From contig OX597817.1 of assembly GCA_951406725.2 (NCBI GenBank), forward strand, positions 89,094,001 to 89,158,000: 64,000 nucleotides of DNA, in the 5' to 3' direction. The notes below the pieces were generated by a model. That model did no database searches and was not told the origin of the DNA. It saw only the letters and a list, made by a program, of their open reading frames with translations. This DNA comes from Octopus vulgaris. Lineage: Eukaryota. This document shows positions 40,177 to 55,010 of the stretch, piece after piece (positions within the stretch are counted from its first letter, which is position 1; every line of letters begins with the position of its first letter). The position numbers and the translations under genes were made by a program.

Positions 40177-41074
40177 CTATACATCAGCTTTGGTAGTTCA
40201 CAAAATGGTCAGTGTCCGTGACTTTTATATGTCCTTCTGGACTGGTGAGATCCGCACTGATAATGTTTACATTAACAGAAGTTGCAGTAGTTATAGCAAA
40301 AGAGACAAAAGAGCAAAAAAAAAAAAAAGCCTGTGCGAGTCAGGTATCGTAATATGCTAGTGTCTATATTTGTCAGTTGTTTTTTTTATTTATTTCGGAT
40401 GTGAACTAAGTTTTTATGTCACTGACACCAACGTATATTGATGGAGCCATGAGTAAATGAAAAAAGAGCTTCCAAGCAACAAAAAGGCATCCAGAGGTAG
40501 TTTGACTGGCTAAAAATGAGAACTATATCTCCCCCACAACCCAACTCTTCTCTCTTAAATCATTAATATGTAGAAATAGATATACTGTATCTGAGGAAAA
40601 AGACAGGATGGTCACGACCGGAGTAATCTTGATCACGGCTGTGCTTAAGCAGAGCTTTAGCTGTATATTGGTTGTGCATAAGTAAGGATTTGTACATGAC
40701 TATTTCACTTGTATTTATTGTAACTTTGAATTATTTTATTCCTGGTAGGTTGAGCTTATCTTGGACGATGATGTTAAGGCAGCTATTTTATATTTGTCAG
40801 AGACAAAGTTGCGTCTAGATCGATCGACAACACATAGAGTGATAGACGATCACGTACATGATGGAATGAACAATAAATGCCCTTATAGCAGGATCTTTCT
40901 TGGGGTTCAGAGACGCTGTAGCATTTATTCTGTATTGGCTGCTTGATCAGTATATTCTGAAGCCTGATGTGTACATATCTCGACATCTCTAAATTTTGGT
41001 AACATGTATTTCTATCAACGCAACTGCGGCAGTGTATTGTGTGCTGGCTTGATAAATCAGAAAAGGAATGTTAT

Positions 41075-41151
<77 letters not shown>

Positions 41152-41396
41152 GTGTGAGTGCATGTGTGTGTGTGTGTGTGTGTGTGTAGTATAAGTGACA
41201 ACTCTAAGAAAGCAAAAGCAAAACCAAACAGGAAGAAAAAGCAAAAAAAGTATCTTAAATATAGGCGCGGCGCGGCGTGGCTAAGTGGAACAGTCCTACT
41301 GCGTGGCATCATGGGCAAGCGTTTTCTACTATAGTCTCGGGCCGACCAAATCCTTGTGAGTGTATTTGGCAGACAGAAACTGAAAGAAGTCCGTAA

Positions 41397-41475
<79 letters not shown>

Positions 41476-42276
41476 AATATCTATCTATATCAATTTATGT
41501 CTGTGTTTGTCCCCCACCACCGCTTGACATTCGGTGTTGGTGTGTTTGCTTCCCTGCAACTTAGCGGCTCGGCAAAAGGCATCGATGGAGTAGTACCAGG
41601 TTTTTAAAAAATAAGTATTGAGGTCGATATATTCAATTAAAAAAAAATCCTCGAGGCGGTACACCAGCATGGCCGCAGTCAAATGATTGAAACAAGTAAA
41701 AGATAAAAGATATAGCAATAAATATAAATCTTATTGGAACACGAAGCGATGTTTCTCCAATTACCCTCGTGCTATAAAATATTCAGGTCATTGCATCACC
41801 AGTCGGATCTAAAAAAACCCCAAAACAAACAAGAGTCCAGAATTCATCAAAGCTTAACAACAGTCAAATTTTGAGATATAATTTGATGAAACTTCATAAC
41901 TATTCAACTCAGCTGCATTCAGTGGTAGTTACCCTGAAGAGCTCCTTAAGAAATTCAGCAAAAGCAATATTTGAAGATGCAGTTGTTGTTGAGATATTAA
42001 GAAAACAATTCCTGTAGACCATACACAGCAAGATATCATCCAGCGGATGATGCGGCTGGTTGGACTTCTTGTGTTTGGTTCGCAGAAACACAATTCACAT
42101 CTTAGTAAATATAAATTATTCCATTCTATTATTCTTCAACATCTTGGGAGTTAGTTAGTCATCATAACCACTCACTCACACTCACGTACGTACGGACGCG
42201 CGTACGTCACCCCAACATCCACACACATACAGGATTTATCAACTTCGAAATTTGCTTTGACGAATGACGATGTCTC

Positions 42277-42369
<93 letters not shown>

Positions 42370-42621
42370 GTGTTTGTCTATCTGTCTATCTGCCTGTTTG
42401 TCTATAAATATAACTTTATGTATACAAGAATACACACAGAGACACGCGCACGCGCGCACACACACACGCACGCACACACACTCACACACATACATGTATA
42501 TACGTACGTGCTCACTTACATATACATATTAATTATATGATTTGTAATTAGTAATGATCATTCTTTGTTAATGAAACGTGCACAAGATGTAACTATATAC
42601 ATACATACATACAAACACATA

Positions 42622-42672
<51 letters not shown>

Positions 42673-42743
42673 ACACACATATATACATACAAACACATGT
42701 ATACATGCATTTTTATACACGCGCACGCAAGTACACTCACATA

Positions 42744-43605
42744 CAGGGTATGATGGGTAAATTGTCGCCATTTTGCATTATTAATTTCGTGCATGCGCAT
42801 TGCTTGTTTTTGATGTTGTCGACTACACAATATAATTGGGTCAGTTGGCACCGCCTTTGAGAGAAACAGCACCATGACGCAATTCACTCTGCCAGAAATT
42901 TGCAAACGACATGCTGTACTGCTTGGCATTCACGCCGGTAGCTCCAATACGAACATTTCAGTGTTCGGTTGTCAATTTGAGGCCATCTACCGAAAATGAT
43001 AAAAATTAAACATACAGTCGACATCATGGCGTTTGGAGTGATCATTAGTGATCGCGACCTTATGCTTCCATTCATCTTCCCACACGGCCTCAGACTCAAC
43101 ACAGAGGCTTACATCAAGTGCCTGGAGTTGGTAGCACTGCCGTGGGTCGAGTGGGTGGCTGTTGAAATACCCTATGTCTGGCAACAGGACCTGCCCCATT
43201 CTACACAATCAGGAGAACCCAGTCATGGCTGTCAAACAATTTCTGCAACCACATCAGCATATCCCCAGTCCATATCCCAGACTGCAACCCCCTTGATTAT
43301 TACGTGTGGAGCGTAGTTGGGCGAGAGATCAACAAAACTCCTTGTAACACCAAAGATGAACTGAAGGCAAGGATTATGGCAGCATTCACCAACTTAAACG
43401 AGGAGAGCATCCAGAAGTGTTGCAGGAGATTCCGAAATCGACTGGAGGCCGTGGTTGAAACCAATGGCAGTTTTATTCAATAATTTACTTTTTTGTATTT
43501 CAAGATATTTTTATGTAATTTTGGTAAATATATTTGTTAAAATAAGATGTCAGTGTTATTTTCATTTTTACGTAATTTAGACGGCATTTTATTCACTGCT
43601 CCCTG
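42744..43605 (+). mobile_element. maT (DD37D) transposon, internally deleted
   Basis: TA-flanked CAGGG TIRs. Peptide PFIFPHGLRLNTEAYIKCLE...PYVWQQD. Homologous to 21529-22402. Confidence 0.88.
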
Positions 43606-44267
43606 TATAAACACTAACATGTTAAGTTCTCTGTTCCTCCAGCTTGGGAAAACAAACCTATGAGTGTATGTGTGTGTATGTATGTGTGTGTGCGTGTGTG
43701 TGCGTGTGTGATATATGTATGTGTGCATGTAAGTGTATGTGTATGTATGTGGGTTTGTGTGTTTGCGTGTGTGTGCCCGCGCATGCGTGTGTGTATGTGT
43801 GTGTGTGCGTGTGTGTGTGTGAGAAAACAAATCTATGAGTGTATGTGTGTGTGTATTTGCGTGTGTGTGCCCGCGCGTGCGTGTGTCTATGTGTGTATGT
43901 ACGCGTGTATGTGTGTGCATGTATGTATGTATGTATGCATGTATGCAAGTATGCAAGTATGCAAGTATGTATGTATGCATGTATGCATGTATGCATACAT
44001 GTATGTATGTTTGTGTATATGTATGTTTGTATGTATGTGTGTATGTATGTGAGTGCGTTATATGTGATGTAAGCATGGAACAGGTGTGTTGAATAAAAAT
44101 ATGCCATTGAGGGTTTAGCAAATGCTATTCACAACACTGATGGCATCTGTGAAAACAGACTTTGTTTTTCAGATGTGTACACACAAATATGCGTTTACAC
44201 ACACACACACACACACATGTGTACATGTATATGCATATATCCATACACACACTGATACATACATATA

Positions 44268-44330
<63 letters not shown>

Positions 44331-44411
44331 ATCTCCAGCCATATAGACCACGCACATATGCACAACTATATACATAAGTATATATTTGATTATATATCCA
44401 CACACACACAC

Positions 44412-44442
<31 letters not shown>

Positions 44443-45132
44443 CATATATACATATATACATGTGTGTGTGTGTGTGTGTGTATGTGCGTATGCGTGTGTG
44501 TGTGTGCATGTGTTTGTGTGTGTGTGTGTGTATTCACACACAACAATTTACATATTTATGTATACTTTGTGTTTTTGACACGCATTCATTCGTAATTCTT
44601 TTCCCCCTTCTCTTTTGTTCTCCCATTTGCCTCTCTCATACCCGCTTCGTACCCACAAGATGCTTATGCATCCGATATATCATTCAAAAGGAGCTGTTAG
44701 AATTGACACCCCGAACCGGGGGAATGCTCCACCCTGAGTGAAACATATGAGTAAACAGTGGAATAAACATATATATTTCCGTGTAAGCACACACACACAC
44801 ACGTACACGCACACGCGCACACACACACACTCACACGCACACACACGCACACACACACTCACACACACGCGCGCGCGCGCATACACACATACGTGCATGC
44901 AAACACACTCGCTAGCACACGGACTCCACACATACTCAAACATACACTGACATACAAACTCATAATGTATACACATACAGGAACAGGAATACTAAGGCAC
45001 ATTGAAAAACAGAAAAATAACCCCATGCCCTTACACCCACATTCCACAGACATAGGGAAGCTATATAATTTATACACAAAGGAATATATTTTGCATATAC
45101 AAACATGTGTATAATATATATATTATATATGC

Positions 45133-45163
<31 letters not shown>

Positions 45164-45281
45164 CATACGTCTAGTTGTGGTGTCCTGTACTCGCGTATAT
45201 TTATTTATATATGCATGTATATATACATGTAGATGTAGGTACGTACATATATGTTTGTATGTATGCATATATTTTATTTAT

Positions 45282-45388
<107 letters not shown>

Positions 45389-46032
45389 ACGTATGTATGT
45401 ATGTATGTGTGTGTCTGTGTGTATGCTCACACACACACATATATGTATATACATATATGTGTGTGTGTGTGTGCACGCAGTTAGGCGTAATACATATTTC
45501 ACACACTTCAACACATGCTCGCGGGCACGCACACACACACATGCATACGTATAATTGCTTGCATGCATACATCCATACGCAAATAGCTATCTATCTCTTC
45601 TCTCGTCTTTCTCCCTCCCCCTCTCTCTTTATATATATATATGTGTGTGTGTGTATGTATGTGTGTATGCGTTTGCATGTGTGTGTGAGTGTGCGTTTGT
45701 ATGTGTGTCTGTGTGTATGTACATATACATATATATGCTTCTTGCATATATGCGTCTGTACGTACACACGTACAGACATACATTTATACATAGACTGTCA
45801 CGAACAATCTGAAATACAGACACGCGCTTAGACACACAAATACAGACATCATTACATACGCTCCCACACACATACATTCACACTAACTTACATACACACA
45901 CGCACTCACACACACACACGTACACACACACACACGCATGCACACATACACACACACACACACACTCGCGCTCACAGGCGTTTATAAACACGAACATATA
46001 GAATCCCGAAAATTTATGCTATGATTAAGTGT

Positions 46033-46087
<55 letters not shown>

Positions 46088-46247
46088 GTGTGTACGTGCT
46101 TGTGTGCGTGTGGTGTGTTTGTGCGCGCGCGTGTGAGTGTGTGCGCGCGGGCACTTGCACGCCCGTCTCTTTGTTCAGCTTCCTTCCCCCCTCCCGTTCC
46201 CTCTCATTCGTGTATATATGTATGTATGTATTTATGTATGTATGTAT

Positions 46248-46280
<33 letters not shown>

Positions 46281-46447
46281 CGCACACACACATTTATTCC
46301 TAAAAATAAACATGAATTAATACATAATTTATATGCATATCATTGTATCGCTATGCATGTTTTTGTTTATACACACACTCATACACACACATATACACAC
46401 AGACGCACACACACGCACATAGTATATATACATAAATATATATACAT

Positions 46448-46489
<42 letters not shown>

Positions 46490-46807
46490 TTATATATATA
46501 CATATATACATACACCCATACACATTTACACGCGCACGATTAGGCCCCAAACATCATCTCTCATTGAAATAGTTATACAAGCATAAACCGTATGTTATAC
46601 TTCAGATAGACTTCGGTACGTTGCTGATAGCTGTTAGCTCCTAACTTTCCCTCAGGCATGCACCAACAACCTTCCAGAGTGCGAATCACTATGTGACAAT
46701 ACTATATAGCACATGTTTGCTACAAGTAATTTGTTTGTTTGTTTCACTCCTTTTTTTTTCGGTAATATTATTGTGTTTCGTGCTTCATAAACATCTTAGA
46801 CTTGACT

Positions 46808-47590
46808 AAGGCGGCGAGGTGGCGGAGACGTTAGCACGATGGACAAAATGCTTAACGGCATTTTGTCCGTCTTTACGTTCTGAGTTCCGATTCCGCCGGG
46901 GTCGACTTTGCCTTTCAAATCCTTTCGGGGTCGATAAAACAAGTAGCAGCTGATAACTGAGGTCAATGTAATCGACTTACCCCTTATCTCTGTCTTGCTG
47001 GCCTTGTAGTGGTGGTGGTGGTGGCGCCGGTGGTGACGGTGGTGGTAGTAGTGGTGGTGATGGTGGTGGTGACGGTTGTCAACATTTACAACAGCAATAA
47101 CAACAGAAACAGCAACAGCAACAACAATAACAGCGTCCCATGTATTTAGCTAAGTGATGATGTCTTGCAAGGTGGTTTGAAAGAAGGCGGCGAGCTGGCA
47201 GAAACGTTAGCACGCCGGACGAAATGCTTAGAGGTATTTCGTCCGCGCTACGTTCTGAGTTCAAGTTCCGCCGAGGTCGACTTTACCTTTTATGCTTTCG
47301 GGGTCGTTTAAATAAGTAATAGTTATGCACTGGGGTCAATATAATCGACTTAATCCCTTTGTCTGTCTTTGTTTGTCTCCTCTATATTTAGCCCCTTGTG
47401 GGCAATAAAAAAATAAGAAACGTTAGCACGCCGGGCGAAATGCCTAGCGGTATTCGTCTGTCTTTACGTTCTGAGTTCAAATTCCGCCGAGGTCGACTTT
47501 GCCTTTCATCCTTTCGGGGTCGATAAATTAAGTACCAGTTGCGTACTGGGATCGATCTAAAATTTCTGAGCTTGTGCCTAGAGTAGAAAA
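46808..47590 (+). mobile_element. Family A SINEs (46808-47007 and dimer 47184-47590) separated by (GGT)n/(CAA)n
   Basis: GGCGGCGAG.TGGC heads and conserved cores. Confidence 0.88.
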
Positions 47591-47634
47591 GGTGGTTTTA
47601 AAGGAGACAAATTTTACTTCAGCGTCTGACTCAC

Positions 47635-47665
47635 CTTAGTAAATACAATTTTTATAACGGAAATT
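47635..47665 (-). other. Candidate 31-nt internal exon
   Basis: Minus strand TTTCCCTTGGTCTCTCTATGTCTCAG|AATTTCC...ACTAAG|GTGAGT: strong acceptor and consensus donor. Confidence 0.5.
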
Positions 47666-48451
47666 CTGAGACATAGAGAGACCAAGGGAAATACGTTTAA
47701 TCTGGAAGATCTAATATTTTCCCTATCAAATTTCTGGGAAACGGGCGTAATGTTCTGAAAACAATTAAATACTTCTTTCTTTTTCATTTTATCTTACGCA
47801 ACATTAAGACGTTAGTATTGTATTTACTTTAGTAGTTTTATTTTTATTGCTGGCACAGCTTTTTTGTGTCATGAGTACATTCAATGTTTTGTTTTTCTTT
47901 TATAATCTAAGTCTTCTAATCGAGTTTATTGGATGTTGTTTGTGGTGGTGAGAGAATCTGTGAGAGTTCTCTACACATATGGGTGCAGTACTAGCAGTGT
48001 TATTCTATATATATTGTGGCATGTAAGTGCTATGGTTTTAGTTTCGCATTCGTCTGCACATTTTAAATTGCTTTCAAGGCGCCTATAATTATTTACAGGG
48101 ATCTCTATTTCTTCTAAATTCTCGTCTCTCTATCTTACAATCACATGGCTTTCCCCTATCAGATAGCATTCGTCCTACGTATGAAAACTATATATATTTA
48201 GTCATTTCTAATCATTATCCATTGCATCCACACTCATATGAAAGGATAGAATTTTTCACACCTCGAAAAATGATTTTGCTTGAAACCTCGCAAAGTGATT
48301 TCCGTAATTAAATAATCTTACACTGTAGTTAAAAATAAACCTAACTCTGACCCTGTAGTTTCACTGGGCTTTAGCTTTTACACACACACGCACACTAACA
48401 CACATATATAATATACATGTAGATATATACATATACACACCTATATATACA

Positions 48452-48507
<56 letters not shown>

Positions 48508-49320
48508 AGATAAGAAAATGGAGAAATACATCTAAATCAAATATCAATTACCAGATAATACTCAATCACATACTTTATTAAACCACCACATAAGAGACTG
48601 TAGGGTTAAACATAAAAAAGCAGAACAAATCAGTGTACATAAAAGAGTAATGTTGTATAATAAGTAGAATATATATAAAAAAGAGAATATACACACACAT
48701 ATATACGCACACAAATATACACACGTACAAAGAGAGAGTAAAAATGGAGGAGTATGAGACAGAAAGAGGAGTAAGCAGACGTATATATTTACAATAAACA
48801 AAATAAATAAATATACGCTTTACTTAGATGTATCGATCAGTACTAAAATCAATACGTAGAAAACAATAATGAAATATCTAAAAAAATGTAAAATTTTATT
48901 TCACGACATTTTCAAGCTATCAATTGCCTGGGAAGACGATAGAGTCGTAACAATGGAATAAAAGTTCTTCTGGGCATACATACATGCTGGCACGTATGCC
49001 CGCATACATACATGCATACATGCATACATAGATACACACATACATATAGATACAGACATACACGCATATACATACGTACACACACATAGGTATGCATGCA
49101 TTCATATGTGTGCATATGTAACCGTACAAATAATATATATGTATTTATGTAGTCATATATATATTATTTGCATATATTTAAATATGCATATTGTTATATA
49201 TATTTATGAATGATACAGGCATACCATCATGTGGCACTTTGGGCAAGTGTCTTCTATAGCTCGCGCCAACCAAAGCCTTGTGAGTGGATTTGGTAGACGG
49301 AAACTGAAAGAAGTCCATCG

Positions 49321-49353
<33 letters not shown>

Positions 49354-49611
49354 TTTTGTGTCTGTATTTGTTCCCCCACCATCGCTTGATAGGCGATGTT
49401 GGTGTGTTTATCTCCCCGAACTTAACGGTTCGGCAAAAGAAACCCATAGAATAAGTACTAAGCTTACAAAAAATAGGTCTTGGGGGCGATTTGTTCGACT
49501 AAAGGCGGTGCTCCAGCATGGCCGCACTAAAATGACTGAAATAAATAAAAGAATAAAAGTATACAAATACAAATACATACATACATAACAATATTCATAC
49601 ATATATGTATG

Positions 49612-49755
49612 TACACATATTATTATTTAAAGCATTTGATTCGGCCCAATGTGCCTTAAAGTTTTGTAGGTTTTTTTTACAGAATCTTAACTCCTTCAGG
49701 CTTAGTTGGGTTAGCACGGGGCCGAATCAAACTGTTTTAAATCATAGTATATGTA
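49612..49755. repeat. MITE-like inverted repeat
   Basis: TTTGATTCGGCCC (49635-49647) pairs with GGGCCGAATCAAA (49719-49731), with imperfect extension to about 35 bp per arm. Confidence 0.6.
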
Positions 49756-50304
49756 ATTCCTACTAAATGTGTTGAGTACCTCTTTCTTTCGTTTGTTTGC
49801 CCACTCGTTCTTGTACATGTAAAACTTTCCAGAAGTTTATCATATAAGTATTGTTATGTCGCACGTTTGATGCCTCTACTACTTGACTCTACTTCTGCTC
49901 TACTACTCTCTACTGCTACGCTGTTCTAGCCTGAACTCTGACGTCTAGGCTTTTCCCACTATATCTACGTATTGGGATAGCCTACTTTCGTCTCGGGGCC
50001 TCCACACAACAAGTATATATGAACATGTCTAGATATGCAAGTATATGCATGAGAGGACATACATAAAACAAAACATATAAATCTGCACATATACATACAT
50101 ACATACATACATACATACATACATACATACATACATACATACATACATACATACATACATACATACAAAAAATACCCTGTTGATGTTGTTGAAATTCCAA
50201 TGAAGGAGCATTGGATCTAGGTTATTGAAATCATCTCTTTCTCTATTGGCAAGAAATCTTGAAATAAAACTGAACAATGACATACATACTTCATACATAC
50301 ATGC

Positions 50305-50420
50305 AAAATCTTGAGGAAAACGAAAATCCTTAATTCATACGCTACAAGTGATCGCGATATCTGGGACTATAAAAATCTGCCAGACATTCTTAAGATTTAA
50401 AGGATGATGAATAAAACAAG
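50305..50420 (+). mobile_element. 3' tip of an R4-like LINE
   Basis: Peptide LQVIAISGTIKICQTFLRF followed by AATAAA. Confidence 0.45.
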
Positions 50421-51313
50421 ATGCTTTCCTTCACAACCTTGCTACCGAGTAGGTGGCTGGTCAAAATTTACTCAAAATTAGAAAACAAACACACACACCA
50501 ACACAGACACAGACACATACACACACAAACACACGCGCGCATATATGTATATGCGTGTGTGTGCGTGTGAGTGTGTGCATGAGTGTGTGTGTATATACAT
50601 ATATAAATACACATATATACATGTATATTCATGCATACATATATACAAACATATACGGACCAATATATAGTGTTGCGTATATGTATACATCATTGCCAGT
50701 ATGAAAGTTGACGGTACGCTATATAGCAATGATGCCATGACATACTGACGTGAAGTGCATGTGTAAGGCTGGTTCCATGAAACACACATGCACATACACA
50801 TGCATAAACATATATACACAAATGCACATGCGCACACATATTCATATATAAATGCTCTAATATAATTTAGCAATTACTGTTACCAATGGAAAATTCAGTT
50901 AACGATTATGGTGATTCTGTTGTTGCTGGTGATAATGACAACAACGATAATGATGATAATGGCGGCGATGATTACAACTTTAATGACAAATTTTAGTGTT
51001 TTTATCTTTTCATTGTTTCAGCCATTAGACTGCGGCCATGCTGAAGCACCGCCTCGAAGAATTTTTACTCGAACGTATCGACCCCAGTACTTATTTTTTT
51101 AAAGCTGGTACTCATTTTTCAAAGCCTGGTACATATTCTATCACCCTCTTTTTCCGATCCGCTATGTTACGGGGACGTAAAGACACCAACACCGGTTGTC
51201 AATCAGTAGTGGTAGACAAACACGGACACAGAAACACACACACGCCTTTCGCCATGATAGATCGCTAGCCACTACACATTCTTTATTTTCTCACCTTGTT
51301 TCTTTCTGTGTTC

Positions 51314-51349
51314 CTTTCTGTGGAAGAGCGTAGGCTCGAAACGTTAAAG
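51314..51349 (+). ncRNA. Minimal HHR-like motif (F1)
   Basis: CTTT-CTGTGGA-A-GAGC gtag GCTC-GAAA-CG-TT-AAAG, within the F1 copy at 51251-51440. Confidence 0.65.
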
Positions 51350-51456
51350 ACTTTTCACTTCCCGAGCGTTATACTAATACATCTGTTTCTTGTCTACACC
51401 ACTTATCTTCGTCTTTTGTTTTCTTGTGAATTCCCCCCCTATATATATATATATAC

Positions 51457-51825
51457 ACTAAAATAATAATGGTATATATAAATGATATAATTGTATAAGA
51501 GAACAAGAAAAACTCATGCTCCAACATGTAAGAATACGCCAAAAACGTTATAAAACCACCTCTAGCTCCTGCAAAAATACGGGTTGTAGATGAGCAAATG
51601 AAAACTACAAAATAAAACTCCACAGTCACTTGTGTATTGGACCAATACACAAGTGACAGTGGAGTTTTATTTTGTATCTTTCATTTGCCTGTCTACAACC
51701 CGTATTTGTGCAGGAGCTAGAGGTGGTTTTATAACGTTTTTGGCGTATTCTTACATGTTGGAGTATGATATTTTCCTGTCCCCTTATATAATCATATAAT
51801 TCATATATATAATTATTATTTTAGT
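51457..51825. repeat. 369-bp palindrome with a 1-nt spacer, next to (TA)n
   Basis: Centre ...GTGTATTGG-A-CCAATACAC... at 51641. 184-bp arms stay colinear to ACTAAAATAATAAT/ATTATTATTTTAGT. Confidence 0.92.
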
Positions 51826-51907
51826 ATTATTTAACCACATGGCTTTATAACATGTTGGCCACTTGATATCATCATTTATATGATTTTATTCTTGTTTATA
51901 TGAAGTA

Positions 51908-53183
51908 TATTATATACTACATATGCGGAAAATCGGTGTGTTTGTTTGTGGCGTTGTTAGCTAACTCCTCCTACATCGTTTTATTGATTTCGATGAAACT
52001 TGACACACGATTAGAACTCATTGCTAGAAAGCTCATGACATAATTAGATTGTTGAAAGAAGTCGATAATACGGCCCCAGGAAGGGATCTTTATATCTACC
52101 CTATATAACTAATTTTTTAAACGCCCAAGGGAAATAACCCATAGCACCAGCACAATATTTTTTAAACATTCAAGGAAAATAACCCATAGCACCTGCATTT
52201 ACAGTTGTTAGTTTTTAGCGAAGCGATCAGTATTTGATTCTCACGATCAGCAGACCTAATTCTGCATTTCACTACTCACAGTTTTCAACTGCTAAACCTT
52301 ATTATAGCACTTTCTTGTTGCATGTACACTTTCAATGCCCATAATTCCGATAATTCTGCATTTTCCAGTTTCGACAGATGAAATATTATGACAGTACATA
52401 AATGTTTGATTCCAGAACGTATTTGATAAATGTGTCCCAATACAATGAACTCATACTTTGAATGATTGAAATCCTTAAAAAATGAAACAAAACTTCCACA
52501 CCACAATTCAGTTGGGACACCATGAATCACTTATACTTATTCTACAAATCATATAATTCATACAACCTTTTCATGAAACTAATTGGGCCATCGAATTTAG
52601 AAATATTTTACAGGTTTCATCGTTTCTGTTCGATTACTTTGAATATTCATTTTTTGTGTGTCCAATTTCTAATTTTTGCAGACAATATCACTTTTATACT
52701 TTATTTGACCCGTGAGTAGAACTCATGTCTGGAAACCTCGTGACATACTGAGATTGCTGAAAAAAAATCGATATTAGGGTCTCTCCAATGGATCCTATCT
52801 ACTACATATTACTAATATTTTATTTAAATAACCCAAGGCAAATAATCCACATCACCTGCAGTTTTTAGCGAAGTGATCAATATTTGATTCTCATGAGCAG
52901 CCGACCTAAATCTGCATTTCACTACTCAGTTTTGAACTGCTAAACATTATTATTGCACTTCCTTGATTTGAATCTTAAACCTTAAAGACTTCATTCATAC
53001 ATTCCTATGCATACATACTTTTTTAAATGTCCATTACTCCGATAATTCTGCATTTAAAATTTTTTTTTACTCCACAACGTATTTGTAGTGGCAGTTATAA
53101 CGAAATTGCTTTATTATATCAGAGAAATGAGGCGTTTCAATAGAACATCTTTACCCCCGGAAATTACCGGGTACACCAGCTAG
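51908..53183 (+). mobile_element. Non-autonomous Helitron-like element with internal duplication
   Basis: 3' hairpin CCCGG/CCGGG (53156-53171) followed by CTAG|T. 5' region has GTTT repeat and GATTTCGATGAAACTTGAC. ~52011-52365 is repeated at ~52716-53055. Confidence 0.65.
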
Positions 53184-53232
<49 letters not shown>

Positions 53233-53361
53233 GCACAACAGGTGTTTTTCAGTTTCCGTCTACCGAATCCACTTACAAGGCTTTGGTCAGCCCGAGGCTA
53301 TAGTAGAAGACACTTGCCATGTAGTGGGAATGAACCCGAACCATGTGGTTGGGAAGCAAGC

Positions 53362-53772
53362 TTCTTATTTCTTTACTGCCCACAAGGGGCTAAACATAGA
53401 GGGGACAAATAACGGGATTAAGTCGATTACATCGACCCTAGTGCGTAACTGGTACTTAATTTATCGACCCCGAAAGGATGAAAGACAAAGTCGACCTCGG
53501 CGGAATTTGAACTCAGAACGTAGCGGCAGACGAAATACCTATTTCTTTATTACCCACAAGGGGCTAAACACAGAGAGGACAAACAAGGACAGACAACCGG
53601 ATTAAGTCGATTATATCGACCCCAGTGCGTAACTGGTACTTATTTAATCGACCCAGAAAGGATGAAAGGCAAAGTCGACCTCGGCGGAATTTGAACTAAG
53701 AACGTAGTGGCAGACAAAATACCTCTAAGCATTTCGCCCGGCGTGCTAACGTTTCTGCCAGCTCGCCGCCTT
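53362..53772 (-). mobile_element. Dimeric SINE family A nested in a family B SINE
   Basis: TSD-like CAAGCTTCTTA on both sides. The host SINE B resumes afterwards. Confidence 0.9.
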
Positions 53773-54439
53773 ATCACACAAGCTTCTTACCACACAACCC
53801 CACCTGCGCCTATTAACTAAGATTATCGTTTATCTGAGTAACCAAGGGTGCCAACTCCGATCTTTTCTGGGTGTAAGCTTTTATTAGTAGAAATTCAGCA
53901 AATATTTCTTACTGATTTACAGCACAGACTCAGTCGTGGCTTTTCCTCTCGTAGGGTACAGATGAGGGTTCCACAATTTCTCGTAGAACAGATGATTTGT
54001 TTATTGTAGTCAAATGCCGTGTGTTAGCTCACTCCGTCCATCCAGATGTCGAAGTGATTGTAGAGCAACGTGAAATGAATGTTTTGCTAAAAAAAAAAAA
54101 CAACGCAACGCCCGGTTCACGAATCTGCTGATCATGAGTACAAGATTTCATGCAGCCCTCATTCAGACTCAAATGTACAGAATATTACTGAGAAAGTAAA
54201 CCATGATGCAACGTTGGGAAACGCAATTATTTGGTAATTTGAGTCTCTTTCTGGCGCAGCCAAGCAATAATATTAGCTAACGCTAATGTTTCTCTTTAAC
54301 CCCCACTGAAAACACTCAAAATTCATTAATCCTTTATTCTTTTAAAAACAATCTATTAAATCGACTGCAGTATGTTACTGTTGCGTATTCCCTCGTCATC
54401 AAAAGAAGTAAATTATAAATTATAATCGATCCTCATGGC

Positions 54440-54860
54440 TTAAAGTGATATACCTAAAATGTTGGATGTCGCTTTTAGAGTTGCTATAGCATATTGATGT
54501 GAATGCTGGATGTTTTTAAAAGTAAAGGAAAGTACATTAAACGGAACATATAGCAAAATGTTTATGTGAGCGTAGAACGTTTCGTAGGAGCAACATTTGC
54601 CGAACAGTGTATTGCATGAAAATACATCATTATTAACAGAGACTATCAAGCAGCGCAGATTCAATTTTGTGTGACATTGTTGGCAAAGAAAGGATGAAGT
54701 TGTAGTCAACTATTACCATGGGAACCAGTTTATGATGAAAGCAGAGGCACAGCTTGACGAACCTAAGTGCAGCAGCTGCTTGAGGACACAAAGCTTGAAA
54801 TAAGCTGTGTTGCAGAGATGATGGAGATGATTGGTCATCGGGATCTGAGTGCGCTTGACA
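54440..54860 (+). mobile_element. Old RTE-like LINE 3' fragment
   Basis: Decayed peptide ETIKQRRFNFV*HCWQRKDEVV...LLPWEP...VQQLLEDTKL. Confidence 0.65.
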
Positions 54861-54933
54861 TGACATCTATCCGTCTATCCCTCTACATCTCTTTCTGTCT
54901 GTCTATCTATCTATTTTTCTGTTTGTCTGTCAG

Positions 54934-55010
<77 letters not shown>

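Noticed and set aside
41934-41960. CTGAAGA...GAAA match
   Set aside because: No stem II or stem I pairing. The surrounding sequence is unassigned, possibly a decayed LINE.
50170-50282. Short insert in a (TACA)n tract with CCAATGAA...GAAAT
   Set aside because: Probably a repeat, but the core lacks G5 and its stems cannot be drawn, so it is not called a ribozyme.
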